Origin: Vulcanimicrobiota bacterium
Lineage (GTDB): Bacteria > Vulcanimicrobiota > Vulcanimicrobiia > Vulcanimicrobiales > Vulcanimicrobiaceae
Length of the DNA stretch: 64,000 nt
Reading direction: 5' to 3'
Assembly (NCBI GenBank): GCA_963820825.1
Contig: CAWGBN010000008.1
Location: 32,001-96,000 of the forward strand
Shown: positions 19,236 through 31,334 of the stretch, piece by piece
How the letters are laid out: the number at the start of each line of letters is the position of its first letter
Numbering within the stretch: position 1 is the first letter of the stretch
Made by a program: the position numbers and the translations under genes
Notes under the pieces: model-generated
What the model was told of the DNA's origin: nothing
The model's database searches: none
What the model saw: only the letters and a program-made list of their open reading frames with translations

Positions 19236-20315
19236 ATGCGAAAAGAGCGTGTAATCGCCGCAATGAGCGGCGGCGTGGATTCTGCGGTTGCGGCCGGTCT
19301 CTTGGTGGAGAGCGGCTACGACGTCGTCGGCATCACGATGAAAATGTACGCGCCCTCGCGGCCCGCGCATGCCAAGAGCTGCTGCGGCAGCGACGACTTC
19401 GACGACGCGCGTGGGACCGCAGCGGCGCTGGGAATTCCGCATTACGTGCTCGATTTCGAGCAGACGTTCCGCCGCAACGTCATCGATCGCTTCGTCAGCG
19501 AGTACGCGAGCGGCCGGACGCCGAACCCGTGCGTCGCGTGCAACAACTTCGTCAAGCTCGGAACGCTCGCGCAGTACGCCGACCGGCTAGGGGCGCGCTG
19601 CGTGGCGACCGGCCACTATGCGCGCATCGAGCGGCGCGACGACGGCCCCCATCTCTTCCGCAACGAATACGCCAAAGACCAAGCCTACGCGCTCGCGCAG
19701 CTGACGCCGGACCAGCTCGAACGGCTCTTGCTGCCGTTGGGTGAGTTCGACAAGACGGCGACGCGGGCGCACGCGCGACGCATGGCGCTTCCCGTTCACG
19801 ATAAAACCGAATCGCAAGACATTTGCTTCGTCGAAGGCGGCGATTACCGGACGGTGCTCGGACGCCTGCGTCCTGAGATCAACGCCGCGGGCGATGTCGT
19901 CGCGTCGAGCGGCGAGAAGATCGGCGAGCACGCGGGCATCGCCAACTACACCGTCGGCCAGCGAGCGCGCCTTCCCGCAAGCAGCGACGGCGCACGTTAC
20001 GTCACCCGCATCGACGCAACGACGAACACGATCGTCATCGGACGCGAAGACGAGCTGCTCTGCCGCGAACTCGAAGCCGACGAGATCAACCTCATTCGCC
20101 CCGAGCGTTTTTCCGGCGAAGCGACGCCGGTACGCGCGATGGTACGTTACCGTTCCGCCCCCGCTTTGGCGCTCGCTACGGTGCTCGGCGGCGGCCTGCT
20201 TCGTTTACGCTTTGAAGAGCCCCAGCGCGCCGTCACGCCGGGTCAGCTCGTCGCTCTGCTCGATCCGATCGGCGAAGAGGTCCTCGGCGCCGCCACAATC
20301 GCTAACGCCCGTTAG
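19236..20315 (+). CDS. mnmA: tRNA 2-thiouridylase
   Basis: [39 protein letters not shown]. Confidence 0.97.
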   Translation: MRKERVIAAMSGGVDSAVAAGLLVESGYDVVGITMKMYAPSRPAHAKSCCGSDDFDDARGTAAALGIPHYVLDFEQTFRRNVIDRFVSEYASGRTPNPCVACNNFVKLGTLAQYADRLGARCVATGHYARIERRDDGPHLFRNEYAKDQAYALAQLTPDQLERLLLPLGEFDKTATRAHARRMALPVHDKTESQDICFVEGGDYRTVLGRLRPEINAAGDVVASSGEKIGEHAGIANYTVGQRARLPASSDGARYVTRIDATTNTIVIGREDELLCRELEADEINLIRPERFSGEATPVRAMVRYRSAPALALATVLGGGLLRLRFEEPQRAVTPGQLVALLDPIGEEVLGAATIANAR

Positions 20316-21400
20316 CCGGCGGTGGCGAGGGCCATTTCGGGGCGCAGATTCCAATACGTGTCGCGAATGACGGGCTTGAATCCGGCGCCGATGATGATGT
20401 TCTCGATATCGCGGCGCGTCGCTTCGTTGGTACTTCCGGCGTCGTGAACGACCTGTTCTTCGATGATCGTGCCGCCCATGTCGTCGCAGCCGTAGAAGAG
20501 GGCGAGCTGCCCCATCTTCAGCCCGGGCGTGAGCCACGATGCCTGCAGGTGCGGGAAGTTGTCGAGATAGAGCCGCGAGATCGCGAGCACCCGAAGATAC
20601 TCTAAGCCAGTCGACTCTTTGCCGCGCAGCGGCGTCTTGAACGGAACGTAGTACCACGGAATAAAGGCCGTGAAGCCGCCGGTCTCGTCTTGCAGTTCGC
20701 GCAGCACGTGCAGGTGCTCGATGCGCTCGGCCGGCGTCTCGATCGATCCGAACATCATCGTCGCGGTCGTCGGCATCCCGAGCAACTGCGCCTCGCGCAT
20801 GACGCCGAGCCATTCGTGCGGTTTGACCTTGCGCGCCGAGATGCGCTTGCGCACTCGCTCGACCAGAATCTCCGCGCCCGCGCCGGGCAACGATTTCATC
20901 CCGGCATCCTTCAGCCGCGCGAGCACGTCGCGGGTCGAGATGCCTTCCACGTGGGCGAGGCCGACGATCTCCGAAACGGAGAGCGAGTGTATGTCGGCCT
21001 GAGGATACTCGCTGCCGACTCGCTGGAAGAGCGTTTCGAACCAATCGATCCCGAGCTCCGGGTTCACGCCGCCTTGAATCATGATCTGCGTCGCACCCTG
21101 GTCGACCGCGTAGCGCACGCGCTCGAGCACCCGGTCGTGCGACATCGTATAGCCTTCTTTGTGCTGCTCGGGCCGGAAGAACGCGCAGAACGTGCAGTGG
21201 ACGTTGCAGACGTTGGTATAGTTGATCGTCGTATCGATGACGTAGGTGACGACGTCGCGCGGGTGCATTGCCAAGCGGCGCGCGTGCGCCGCCGCGCCCA
21301 GGTCGTGGATGTCGGCTTCGTTGTAGAGCCGCACGCCCTCGTCGAAATCGAGGCGGCCGCCCGTAGCGGCGCGGTCGAGCAGATCAGCTAGCGACGGCAC
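20312..21400 (-). CDS. mqnC: Cyclic dehypoxanthinyl futalosine synthase
   Basis: [16 protein letters not shown] radical SAM motif, [18 protein letters not shown]; clustered with mqnA and mqnE. Confidence 0.9.
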   Translation of the reverse strand: MPSLADLLDRAATGGRLDFDEGVRLYNEADIHDLGAAAHARRLAMHPRDVVTYVIDTTINYTNVCNVHCTFCAFFRPEQHKEGYTMSHDRVLERVRYAVDQGATQIMIQGGVNPELGIDWFETLFQRVGSEYPQADIHSLSVSEIVGLAHVEGISTRDVLARLKDAGMKSLPGAGAEILVERVRKRISARKVKPHEWLGVMREAQLLGMPTTATMMFGSIETPAERIEHLHVLRELQDETGGFTAFIPWYYVPFKTPLRGKESTGLEYLRVLAISRLYLDNFPHLQASWLTPGLKMGQLALFYGCDDMGGTIIEEQVVHDAGSTNEATRRDIENIIIGAGFKPVIRDTYWNLRPEMALATAG

Positions 21401-22217
21401 CGACGCTCTCCGGAAATGCGGGCAGCTCCGCAATCGCGCCGATCGCGAGCAGCTCGCGGCAGAAGCTCTCGAGCCCGTTCTGGGCGGCAACGTGAAGCAT
21501 GAAGTTCAACTTGCCGTAGTAAGTTTCGTAGAATCCCGGCGGCCGCGCAATTACTCGCTGCGCGAGCGCGACGACCTCGGCGCCATGCGAGCGCGACCAG
21601 GTGTACGCATCGGTCAGCGCGTGCATGCAATCGCGCACCTCACGCGGGTGTCGCTCGTAGGCTTCGCGACGCGCTGCCCACACGGCAAAGACCGTCTGCT
21701 CTCCGGTCCATTCGTGCCAGAGGCGTCCGAGATCGTAGACGTTCTCGGCCGGAAAGCGCTCGATTGCGTCGATCGCGGAGTCGCCGATGAGCAGCGTCGG
21801 ATCGCCGTTCGACGCGCGCTCGAACGGGTGCGCCTCGTCGATATACTTAGGGCGGATACCGTAGCGCCGTTCGAGGATGACGCGCAGCAAGTTGCGCCCG
21901 CTCGCCGATTCTTCGGTGACGAAGATCGAGCGGCCGTCGAGAAGCGACGGCGCGACGTCCGAGACGAGCACGACCGATACCACTTCGTCGCGCGCGCCGA
22001 TGCAGAGATCCGGCAGCAGAACGAGCTCGCGCGCGTTCGCCGCCCACGTGAAGGCACTGATCGGGCTCAAATCGAGCTCGCCGCACAGCAGCATCGCGTT
22101 GAGCCGCGCCGGCGTGTCGGCGTGGAGGGTGCCCGGATACGCGATCGCACCGGCATCGAACGCAGCGTAGATCGGCAAGTCGTTGGTGTACTTGATCCTT
22201 CCGCAACGCAAGGTCAT
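21384..22217 (-). CDS. mqnA: Chorismate dehydratase (futalosine pathway)
   Basis: GRIKYTNDLP, PARLN, LLIGD.A, YDLG..W...TG...VFAVW. Confidence 0.9.
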   Translation of the reverse strand: MTLRCGRIKYTNDLPIYAAFDAGAIAYPGTLHADTPARLNAMLLCGELDLSPISAFTWAANARELVLLPDLCIGARDEVVSVVLVSDVAPSLLDGRSIFVTEESASGRNLLRVILERRYGIRPKYIDEAHPFERASNGDPTLLIGDSAIDAIERFPAENVYDLGRLWHEWTGEQTVFAVWAARREAYERHPREVRDCMHALTDAYTWSRSHGAEVVALAQRVIARPPGFYETYYGKLNFMLHVAAQNGLESFCRELLAIGAIAELPAFPESVGAVAS

Positions 22218-22229
22218 TGGCGAGTCACT

Positions 22230-22252
22230 CTTCGACACGCTCAGGATGACAC
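22230..22252. repeat. REP-like dispersed repeat (CTTCGAC-N-GCTCAGGATGACAC)
   Basis: Shares a consensus with 31035-31102, 34748-34782 and 41490-41533. Confidence 0.65.
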
Positions 22253-23404
22253 AGAGGCGAACGCCGGCTCCGCCTTGGCTGAGGGTGGCGGCGTCCAGTC
22301 GTAGGGGAATTCGTCGTAGGTCGAGTTGCGGCGGACGGGCACGTAGCCGGCCTCTTCGATCAAGCGCCGAAACTCGCGATCGTCGACGTACTGCCCGGAC
22401 TGCGTTCCCGCCGAATGGTAGATCATCTCTTCGTCGGTCGAGCCGTGCGTGCCGTCCATGTCGTCGGCCCCGAAGTGGAGCGCAACTTGGCAGACTTTCA
22501 GCCCTTGGATCATCCAGTAGGCTTTGACGTGGTCGAAGTTGTTGCAGCATCAAGCGCGCGACGGCGAAGGTTCGCAGGTCGTCGAGTCCGGTCGTCCAGC
22601 CGCAGTACGAGAGCTCGTTGCCGTCGGGATGAAACGCGAGCGGAATGAACGCGTTGAATCCGGGCGAGCGCTCCTGCGATTCGCGCAGCCGGATCAGGTG
22701 GTCGACGCGATCTTCGAGCGACTCGATGTGCCCGTAGAGCATCGTGGCGTTGCTGGCGACGCCTTGGCGGTGCAGCTCCTCGTGAATCGCCAGCCAGTTA
22801 TCGCGCTCGAGACCTTGTTCGGGCAGATCTTCGCGCGCGTGTCCTCGGCGAAGAATCTCGGCCGCGCCGCCGTTGACGTTGTCGAGCCCGGCTTCGCTAA
22901 GCGCAGTGACGATCTCCGGAAACGACAGCCGGTGACGCTTGGCCATATACTCGATCTCGGCCGCGGTGAAGAGCGAGAGCTGCACGTGCGGCAAGCGCTT
23001 CCTTGAAGCGGCGCATCAGCGGCAGCCAATAGTCGAGCGAAAGCTGACGTGGGTCGTGGCCGCCGACGATGTGGATCTGATTGAAGTTCGTCCCGGTCTC
23101 GACGGCCTTGGCGAAGACCTGATCGGCCGTCATCCGAAAGACGCGCTGCGGCTCCTTGAACTCGTCGGCTGCGAACGAGCAGAACGTGCAGCCCGCAAAG
23201 CATACGTTGGTCGAGTTGATGTAGCGATTGAGAACGTAGAAGACTTTTGGCCGCTCTTGCGTTCCTTGACTCGTTGCGCGCCATGCGCCCGAGCCCGTGG
23301 ATGTCGGGGTGCGGTAGAGCGTCAGACCGTCGTCGAACGAAAGCGGAATGCCGCGATCGAGTCTTTCGCTCGATTTCGAGGAGCGCCGGGTCGGCATAGG
23401 TCAT
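22241..23404 (-). CDS. mqnE: Aminofutalosine synthase (radical SAM), multiple frameshifts
   Basis: INSTNVCFAGCTFCSF, NATMLYGHIE, FIPLAFHP and FGADDMDGT spread over at least three frames. Confidence 0.82.
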
Positions 23405-23409
23405 GTCGC

Positions 23410-24082
23410 CCTATTCTACGCGCGTCGCCGCGGCCGCCGCAAAGACCCTGAACCGGCAGGACGACGGCGACAGAAATCAGCCGCGACGAGCGCGGCCGAG
23501 CAGCGCGCCGCCGACGAGGTCGGTCAGAATAGTGCGCGCCGAGCGCTAGGCGCGACCAGCAGATCGCGACCGCGAAGACCACGAGCAGCAACGCCCCGCG
23601 GCGATCGTCCGCAGCGCGCTGCGGCAACTCCGAGGCGTAGAGCAGTCGCGGCCCAGAGGCCGTAGAAGCCCGACCGCGATCGCTGCGTGCGAGCTCGGAT
23701 ACGAAAATGTGAGCTTCGTGCTTGACGACCCAATCGAGCCGGACGCGGCCGTGCAGAAATAGTGTTGGAAGAAGTCGGCTCCGCGCCAGCAGATCAAGCA
23801 GCATGACGATGCTCAACAGATGCGCACGCGCCACGCCCGCAGGACGCGCCACGCAACCACGAGCAGCACGACGGCAGATCGGCAGCAAGACACGTCGGAT
23901 AGCACGATCCACGTCAGCCACCACGCAATCGGCGCGCCTGATTGACCCAGTAGCGCTGCTCCCAACGCGAGCGAACGCGGCAGGCTCGCCGCTGCCGCGT
24001 CACCATCCTAGCCCAGCGCGAAGAAGAGACGCGAACGCGATCGTCCGGCGCAACCAGGCTCGCGATCGACGATCCGCGTCAC
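23410..24082 (-). CDS. PAP2-family membrane phosphatase, heavily frameshifted (limits approximate)
   Basis: FSYPSSHA and [10 protein letters not shown] motifs in different frames; hydrophobic segments. Confidence 0.6.
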
Positions 24083-26311
24083 GTACTCGCCGCTCGCGAA
24101 AAGGTCTTGCTGCGCGCCCTCGATCCTTACCCAGGCGCGAGCGCCATCATCTCGAGCTCCGCCGAGCCCGACGACGATCTTGCGCGGCTTCGTTCCTTCG
24201 TGCGGTCCCACGACCTTGAACTCTTCGAGCTGCTTCATCAAGCGCACCGCGCGCGGATGGCCGATCGAGAACTGCGACTGCAGCTGCGCGGTCGATGCGT
24301 AGTTCGTTTCGATGATGAACTTCGCGGCATCGTAGCAGAGCGGATCGACGCGTCTTGCCCGTCTCGTCGTCGTCGATCGGCACGACCTCGACGTCGAGCA
24401 GGTTGTCCGGACGCGCCTGGCGCGCCCAGAACTCGACGAGCCGGCCGACCTCCGACGCCGGTAATCAGCGCGCCTTGGGCGCGCACCGGCTTCGGCGCGT
24501 CGATGGGGAGATAGAGCATGTCGCCGCGCCCGAGCAGACGCTCGGCGCCGTTCATGTCGAGCATCACCCGCGAATCGGCCTGCGAGCTCACCGCAAACGC
24601 AATGCGCGAGGGCATGTTCGCTTTGATCAAGCCCGGTGATGACGTCGACCGACGGCCGCTGCGTCGCGACGACCAGGTGAATGCCGGTCGCGCGCGCGAG
24701 CTGCGCCAGGCGCATGATCGTCGTTTCGACCTTCGCCGGCGCGACCAGCATGAGGTCGGCGAGCTCGTCGATGACGATCACGACGTAGGGTAGACGCTTC
24801 GTCGGGATACTTCGCGTTGTACTCTTCGATCTTGCGCACGCCGGCTTTCGCAAAGCGCTCGTAGCGCGCATCCATCTCCTTGGTCATCTCGAAGAGCGCG
24901 CCGGCGGCGAGCCGCGGATCGGTGATCACCTCTTTGATGAGGTGCGGGATGCCGTTGAAGACGGTCAGCTCGACGCGCTTGGGATCGATCATCAGCATCT
25001 GCACTTGATCGGGCGTCGCGCGTCACGAGCAGCGACGCGATGATCGTGTTGAGGCAGACCGATTTGCCGGCGCCGGTCGCGCCGGCGACCAGCAGGTGCG
25101 GCATCTTGCAGAGGTCGCCGAAGACCGGCCGGCCGGTGATGTCTTTGCCGAGCGCCATCCACAGCGGCGGTATCTGACCGCGGTTGGGAATCGCGTCGAG
25201 GATTTCGCGAATCGCGACGACCGCGACGGTTGGGTTCGGAATCTCGATGCCGACCGCGGACTTTCCGGGAATCGGCGCTTCGATGCGCACGCTGGTCGCG
25301 GCCAGCGCCAGCGCGAGGTCGTCGGCCAGCGAGGCGATCTCGCGAAATCTTGACGCCGCGCTCGGGACTGAAGCTCGTAGCGCGTGATCGACGGACCGCG
25401 CTCGATGTGCACGACCTTCGCGCCGACGCCGAAACTCGCGAGCGTATCTTCGAGCACGTGCGCGCGATTCGATTCGTCGACCGACCTGCGCCGGCGGCGG
25501 GTCGAAAATCGAAAGATCGGGCAGCCGATAGGGCGCGTGCCGACGTCGTCTTCGGTTCGGTTCGCACTTCCGGCGTAACGCGCGACCGGTTCGCGCCGCG
25601 GAGCGACCGGCATCAGCGCACTTCGATCCGGAAACGGCGCAGGCGGCGTGCTCGAGTTCGACCTCGATCTTCGACGCCTCGATCGTCTCGACGGCGGTCC
25701 GGCCGGAGCGATCGGCTTCATCCGGCAGCGCAAAGGCTTCGCGCAGCGAGCCGTGGCCTTCCGGCAAGCTCAACGCGTCAGTGCGGCATCTTCGGCATGC
25801 GCAGCGGCCGCGATCCTCGAAGAAAACGATCGACGCGTCCGATGAGCTGCTTCAGACTCGCGTTGGTCAGCCAGAGCGTGAGCGAGAGCGGCGCGACCGA
25901 CGAGCACGATCCAGGCGCCGACGATTGCCGACCAGCGCGTGCAAGCGCCCACCAAATGGTGCGCGCCGACGGCGCCGCCGCGCGCCGAGCGCCGCCCGCG
26001 CCGAACATCGCGTGACGATCAGAAAAGTAGGCGACCGCGGTGCTTCCGAGCCCGCGATCATGCGCGGCACGTTGACTTCAAGAAGACGATCGCGCCGAGC
26101 AGGCGCGACGAGCACCGGGAAAAGCGGCGCCATGCCTCCAAAGAGATGGCGCAGCTCTGCCAGCGGTCCAGCGCGCCGACGGCTACCGGCGATGATGCGG
26201 AATCGCAAGCGAGACGCCGCTACAGAAGACGGCGAGTGCCAACGCGGCGATCCCGACGATCTCGAGGTTGATCCTGTTCTCGCCGTCGCCCTGCCGGCGT
26301 GCGCGTGCCAT
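24080..26311 (-). CDS. ftsK: DNA translocase FtsK/SpoIIIE, multiple frameshifts
   Basis: [62 protein letters not shown], gamma domain STAQLQ...GHPRAVRLM. Confidence 0.92.
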
Positions 26312-26348
26312 GGAATCTACCGCTTCGTCGTCACTACGGGAGTTCATT

Positions 26349-27433
26349 TTGACGTACGCCGACCCTCGTCGTCCTCGAGGGCGATCAGACCGGACAGGAG
26401 TTGCTGCTCGAAGCGCTGCGCGTGCTCGACCGTTCGGTGATCGACTTCGAGCTCGACGTTCGAGCAGCTACGACCTTTCGCTTGCGAATCGCCGCGCGAA
26501 ACGCAAAACCACGTCGTGCTCGACGCCGCCGAAGCGATCACGCCAGCACGGCATCGGCCTCAAAGCCGCAACGATCACGCCCGAAGCGAAAGGACGACGT
26601 CGGCTCGCCCAACCGCATTCTTCGCGAACGCGATCGACGCGAAGCGTCATCGTGCGAACCGGCCGCAGGCTGCCGCGCGTGCGTCCCGTCGCCGGCATCC
26701 ACGCTCCGATCTCGGTCGTGCGCATGGCCGTCGGCGATGCGTACGGCGCCAAGGAATGGCGCGAGGGCGAAGGCGTCGACGAAGTCGCGCTACCGCACCG
26801 AAACGATCTCGCGCGGCGTCTGCCGCGACGTCGCCGAGTACGCGTTCGCCCATGCCAAGAAAAGGCGGCGCGATCGTCTTCGGCGGCCCGAAGTATACGG
26901 TGAGCCCGGTGTACGAAGGCATGCTCAAGGAAGAGATGGATGCCGCCGCCGCGCGCCATCCTGACGTCGACTACGATCCGCAGCTCATCGATGCGACCTA
27001 CGCCCTGCTGCTCTCGGCCGCCGGGCGACAACGCCGCTGGTGATTCCCGCGCTCAATCGCGACGGCGACTGCCTCTCCGACTTGGTCATGCAGCTCTTCG
27101 GCTCGGTCGCCGGCGCCGAATCGATCGTCCTTGCCTTCACGGCGACAACTCGGGACGCGGTGGAGAGTTTGACGCCGATCGTCGGTCATGGCCGAGGCGC
27201 CGCACGGCACCGCCCCGCGCCTCGCCGGCAAGAACGTCGCCAATCCGCTGGCGATGATCCTTGCCGCCGCTGCCGTTCTTTCGTACATCGACGATCCGCG
27301 CGCCGCCAACGCTTCGCGCGCTATCTACGAAGCGGCCATCGAGGCGATTCAAGATGGCATCGCCACCGCCGATCTCGGCGGCCACGCACGACCACGGAGT
27401 TCACCGACGCGGTCATCGAAAGCGTTCGGCTAG
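26349..27433 (+). CDS. Isocitrate/isopropylmalate dehydrogenase family protein, multiple frameshifts
   Basis: EGDQTGQELL, GLKAATITP, GSPNRILR, NRDGDCLSDL and EAPHGTAP..AGKNVANPLAMILA across frames. Confidence 0.85.
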
Positions 27434-27536
27434 GGCAGTCCGCCGTCTGTAGCTCCAACCCGCCGACGCGTTCTTCAAGCCGATCGAAACGATAGCCGAC
27501 TTGCTGGAATCTGTCTTCGACGCGGTGTCGGCGCCA

Positions 27537-29238
27537 TTAGACTTCCATGACGACGGGGATGACGATCGGGCGGCGTTTCGTCCGCGCGTAGACGGCACTG
27601 GCTAGGCCGCTGCGAATGTGTTCCTTGACGGTGTTGACGTCGCGCAGCCCGTCGACCGAGATTTCTTGGATCGTCTACGCAACTCGGCGCGCAGTTCGTC
27701 GAGCACGCCGTCGGCTTCGGGAAGTAGAAGACGCCCTTGAGATGAGATCGGGACCGGCGGTGACGCGCGCCTCTTCGCTGTCGATCGCGACGACGACCAC
27801 CATGATGCCGTCGTTCGAAAGCGCCTTGCGATCGCGCAGCACCGCCTCGCCGACGTCGCCGACGCCGGAGCCGTCGACGAAGACGTGGCCGCCGTACGTC
27901 TTGCCGATCTTGTCGCCGATACTCGGCCGTAAACTGCAGCACGTCGCCGTTCTCCAAGACGAAGACGTTGCCGCTCTCGACGCCGGTCTCGCACGGCGAG
28001 TCGCCCGTGCTGCGTCGAGCATCCGGTACTCTCCGTGAACCGGCACGAAGAACTCCGGACGCATCGAGTTGAGCATCAGCAGCAGCTCCTCTTGCGACCC
28101 GTGTCCGGAGACGTGCGATCGTCCGTCGGTACCGTGAATGACGGTCGCGCCGAGCTTCGCGAGGTTGTTGACGGTCTTGTACACGCTCTTCTCGTTGCCG
28201 GGAATCGGCGTCGCGCTGATGACGACCGTATCTCCGGGAACGATGCGAAACTTCGCATGGTCGCGCACCGACATGCGCGCGAGTCCGCTCATCGGCTCGC
28301 CTTGCGATCCGGTCGTCACCACGAGCGATCTGCTCGGGCGGATAGTTGTCGATGTCTTCGATCTTCACTACGGTCTCCGGCGGAATGCGCAGATGCTCCA
28401 GCTCGCTGGCGAAGTGGACGACGTTGCGCATCGAGCGGCCCAGGAACGCGATCTTGCGGCCGAAGCGCACGGCGTGGTCGACGGCCTGCTGAATGCGCGG
28501 AACGTTCGAGGCAAACGACGCGATGACGATCCGGCCTTTGGCGTGAGAGAAAGATCGAGGTGAAGGCTTCGCCCACGATGCGCTCCGAGAGCGTGTGGCC
28601 GGGCGCGCTCGGCGTTGGTCGAGTCCGAGAGCATGCAGAGCACGCCCTCGTCGCCGATCCGCGCGATGCCGCGCGAAGTCGGCCGGGCGTCCGTCGATCG
28701 GCGTCTGATCGAACTTGAAGTCGCCGGTGTGAAAGATCGTACCGACCGGCGTGCGCAGAGCCAGCGCGCAGGCACCCGCCACCGAGTGGTTGACGTGTAC
28801 GAACTCGGCCTCGATCGCTGCCGTAGCGCACGCGGTTGCCCGGCTGCACCTGCGTGAACTCAGTCTCGCCGAGACGCTGATCGCGCGATTTCGCCTTGAT
28901 GAGCGCGAGCGACAGCGGCGTGCCGACGATCGGTGTCTGCGGAAACTCGCGCAGGAAGTAGGGAATGCCTCCGATGTGATCCTCGTGACCGTGCGTTACG
29001 AGTAGAGCTCGCAGCTTTGGCGGCACGTTCGCGGACGTAGGTGAAATCGTTGATGACGATGTCGACGCCGTACATCTCGTCGTCGGGAAACATGAGCCCG
29101 CAGTCGACGACGACCATGTCCTCGTTGGTCTCGATCACGGTCATGTTGCGACCGATCTCGCCGCAGCCGCCGAGCGGGACGACGCGAACGTAGGGTACCT
29201 CGGGCGGAGGCCGGGACGGTCAGGGTGTCGGTGCTCAC
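27537..29238 (-). CDS. rnj: Ribonuclease J, multiple frameshifts (start approximate)
   Basis: PLGG.GEIG.NM, THGHEDHIG, HTGDFKFD, DSTNAE, TTGSQGEP, HVSGH, PVHGEYR. Confidence 0.92.
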
Positions 29239-29309
29239 GACCGGGTCCTTTTGCCCAATGCCCTTGCTCCCCCGCGCCTTCGTCGTGAATTGCATCGCGG
29301 AGGTTGCCT

Positions 29310-29630
29310 ATGACAATCGTCGCCTTACTCTCGCTGCTGCTCGTTGCAGCCCCGGCCGGGACTCCTGCGGCGGCCTCGAGCCGGCTGGCTCCCACCGCAT
29401 CGCCGGCGCTCTCGCCCGACGAGCTCTTCTCCCGGCGCGCGCTGCGCCGCGCCCGACTCCTCATTCAGATGCGCGTCTTCCAGCTGCGCGACGAGCAGCT
29501 CGAGTGCATCCGGGAGGCGCTGCGGCGACGGCTGCCCGATGCGCTCTGGCGCGAGCTGCCCTCACCCTCCCGAGGAACGCCGAACCTGGCCGCGGCGGTC
29601 TCCCGGTGCACGGAGATCTTGCAACTCTAG
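29310..29630 (+). CDS. Hypothetical secreted protein
   Basis: GGAGG RBS, signal-peptide-like N-terminus, two Cys. Confidence 0.5.
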   Translation: MTIVALLSLLLVAAPAGTPAAASSRLAPTASPALSPDELFSRRALRRARLLIQMRVFQLRDEQLECIREALRRRLPDALWRELPSPSRGTPNLAAAVSRCTEILQL

Positions 29631-29767
29631 CTCAAGCAAGCGCCCTGACGGGCCGCTCGCGGTTCCCGGGCGACCAAAAAATGACAAGTTCGTGAGCACC
29701 TGCGACTTTTTGCCGTTCATCAAGTAGATGACTGGCAGAGAACACTCTGCGCCTACGGAATAACTTG

Positions 29768-31030
29768 ATGGTGAAGAATCGCATATTGCCTACGCTTATT
29801 GTCGGCCTCGTCGGGGCCGTCGTTGGAAGCTTTCTCATGATGCTCTACGCGACCGGTCACTTCGGCGGAGCGACCGGACCCGATCGCACGCCGCCGGCGC
29901 TCGCTGCCGTGCCGCTCAGCGGCGTCAGCGACCAAGATCGCATCGTGAGCGCGGTCAAGCGGACCAAGTCGTCCGTCGTCGCGATCACGGAGCAGGTGAA
30001 CGGACAGCAGGTCATCCCCGCCGATCCGTTCTTTCAACAATTTTTCGGCGGTCAAGGCCCAGGCATCGTTCAGCCGTATCGAGGCGAGGCCTCGGGCTCG
30101 GGTTTCGTGATCGACGGCCAAGGCGACATCGTCACGAACGCGCACGTTCTCCAGCCGCCCTCCGGCGGTAAGGTGACGAAGCTGACGGTCGTCTTTGCCA
30201 ACGGCGATCACGTGCCGGCGCACGTTGTCGCGTACAATCTCGCGGCCGACGTCGGTTTGCTGCGCGTCGACCACTACTCGAAGCTGCCGCCGCCGCTCGA
30301 GCTCGCCGATTCGAACAAACTCGAGCAGGGGCAGTGGGCGATCGCAATCGGCGAACCGCTTCAGCTCCAGCAGACCGTTACCGTCGGCGTCGTCTCGGCA
30401 TTCAATCGCTCCGAGCCGATTCCAACCGAGAACGGCGGCGAAATCGACTTCAAGGGTCTGCTGCAAACCTCGGCGCCGATCAATCCCGGCAACTCGGGTG
30501 GTCCGTTGCTCGACATCGACGGCCAGGTGATCGGGATGAACCAATCGACCGTCAAGTCGGCGTACGCGCAAGGCATCGGATTCGCGATCCCGTCGAACAC
30601 GGTTCGCAACGTCGTCGCCTCGCTGCAGCGTAACCCCGGCGCGCACCAGGGAACCGATACCGGCTTCCTCGGCATTTACATGGCGAACCTTACGGCCGGC
30701 GTCAAGAACCAGATCGGCTACAACGGCAGCTCCGGCGTCGCGGTCCAGCAGGTCTTCTCCGGCTCCCCGGCCGACCAGGCCGGCATCGCGCCGGGTGACG
30801 TCATCCTGCAGGCCGACGGCAAGGACTTCGGTAGCATCAAGGACCTCCACGACTACATCGCCTCGAAGAAGCCGGGCGACACGATCCGGCTCAACGTCTG
30901 GTCGGGAGGCATGAAGAAGTTCGTCGCCATCAAACTCGGCGAGACCCCGGCCGAACAGCCCGTCTCGGCCGAGCAGCAGCCGCAGCAGGGCCAGCAGCAG
31001 CAGCCGCCCGACGACCAACAGCAACCCTAG
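29768..31030 (+). CDS. HtrA/DegP-like S1C serine protease with one PDZ domain
   Basis: GSGF, TNAHV, INPGNSGGPL, PDZ (GSPADQAGIAPGDVI). Confidence 0.96.
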   Translation: MVKNRILPTLIVGLVGAVVGSFLMMLYATGHFGGATGPDRTPPALAAVPLSGVSDQDRIVSAVKRTKSSVVAITEQVNGQQVIPADPFFQQFFGGQGPGIVQPYRGEASGSGFVIDGQGDIVTNAHVLQPPSGGKVTKLTVVFANGDHVPAHVVAYNLAADVGLLRVDHYSKLPPPLELADSNKLEQGQWAIAIGEPLQLQQTVTVGVVSAFNRSEPIPTENGGEIDFKGLLQTSAPINPGNSGGPLLDIDGQVIGMNQSTVKSAYAQGIGFAIPSNTVRNVVASLQRNPGAHQGTDTGFLGIYMANLTAGVKNQIGYNGSSGVAVQQVFSGSPADQAGIAPGDVILQADGKDFGSIKDLHDYIASKKPGDTIRLNVWSGGMKKFVAIKLGETPAEQPVSAEQQPQQGQQQQPPDDQQQP

Positions 31031-31034
31031 TCGT

Positions 31035-31102
31035 CCTTCGACTTCGCCGCTGCGCGGCTTCGCTCAGGATGACACGTCGAGATGACACGCCGAGGATGAC
31101 AC
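31035..31102. repeat. REP-like dispersed repeat with a triplicated GATGACAC end
   Basis: ccttcgac...cgctcaggatgacac followed by gatgacac at 31081 and 31095. Confidence 0.7.
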
Positions 31103-31334
31103 AACGAGAGGGTCCACCTGCAACCATGGGGACCCTTTCCTTGTTGTAAATAGCGAAACAACTGTTGCCGCGTATCGAGTATGATGATGCGGTATCCCCT
31201 ATCCGATTTGCCGTAAGCGGCAAGGCGTCGCCGGAGGTCCGGCGCTCGGGCTTTCACCTCGGCCCGGCGCGCCCCCGGCACTAGCTGGTCCAGTGCAGGT
31301 CGGAAAATCTTAAAGAGAACGAGGTACAAGTTTC

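Noticed and set aside
27430..27536. Possible tiny minus-strand ORF after rnj (MAPTPRR...RFDRLEERVGGLE)
   Set aside because: It lies in the indel-rich zone, its frames are inconsistent and it has no recognisable family.
31278..31296. Canonical CIRCE operator before dnaK
   Set aside because: The spacing is 2 nt short and the outer arms are absent, so it is not listed as a feature. It is kept only as a low-level finding.
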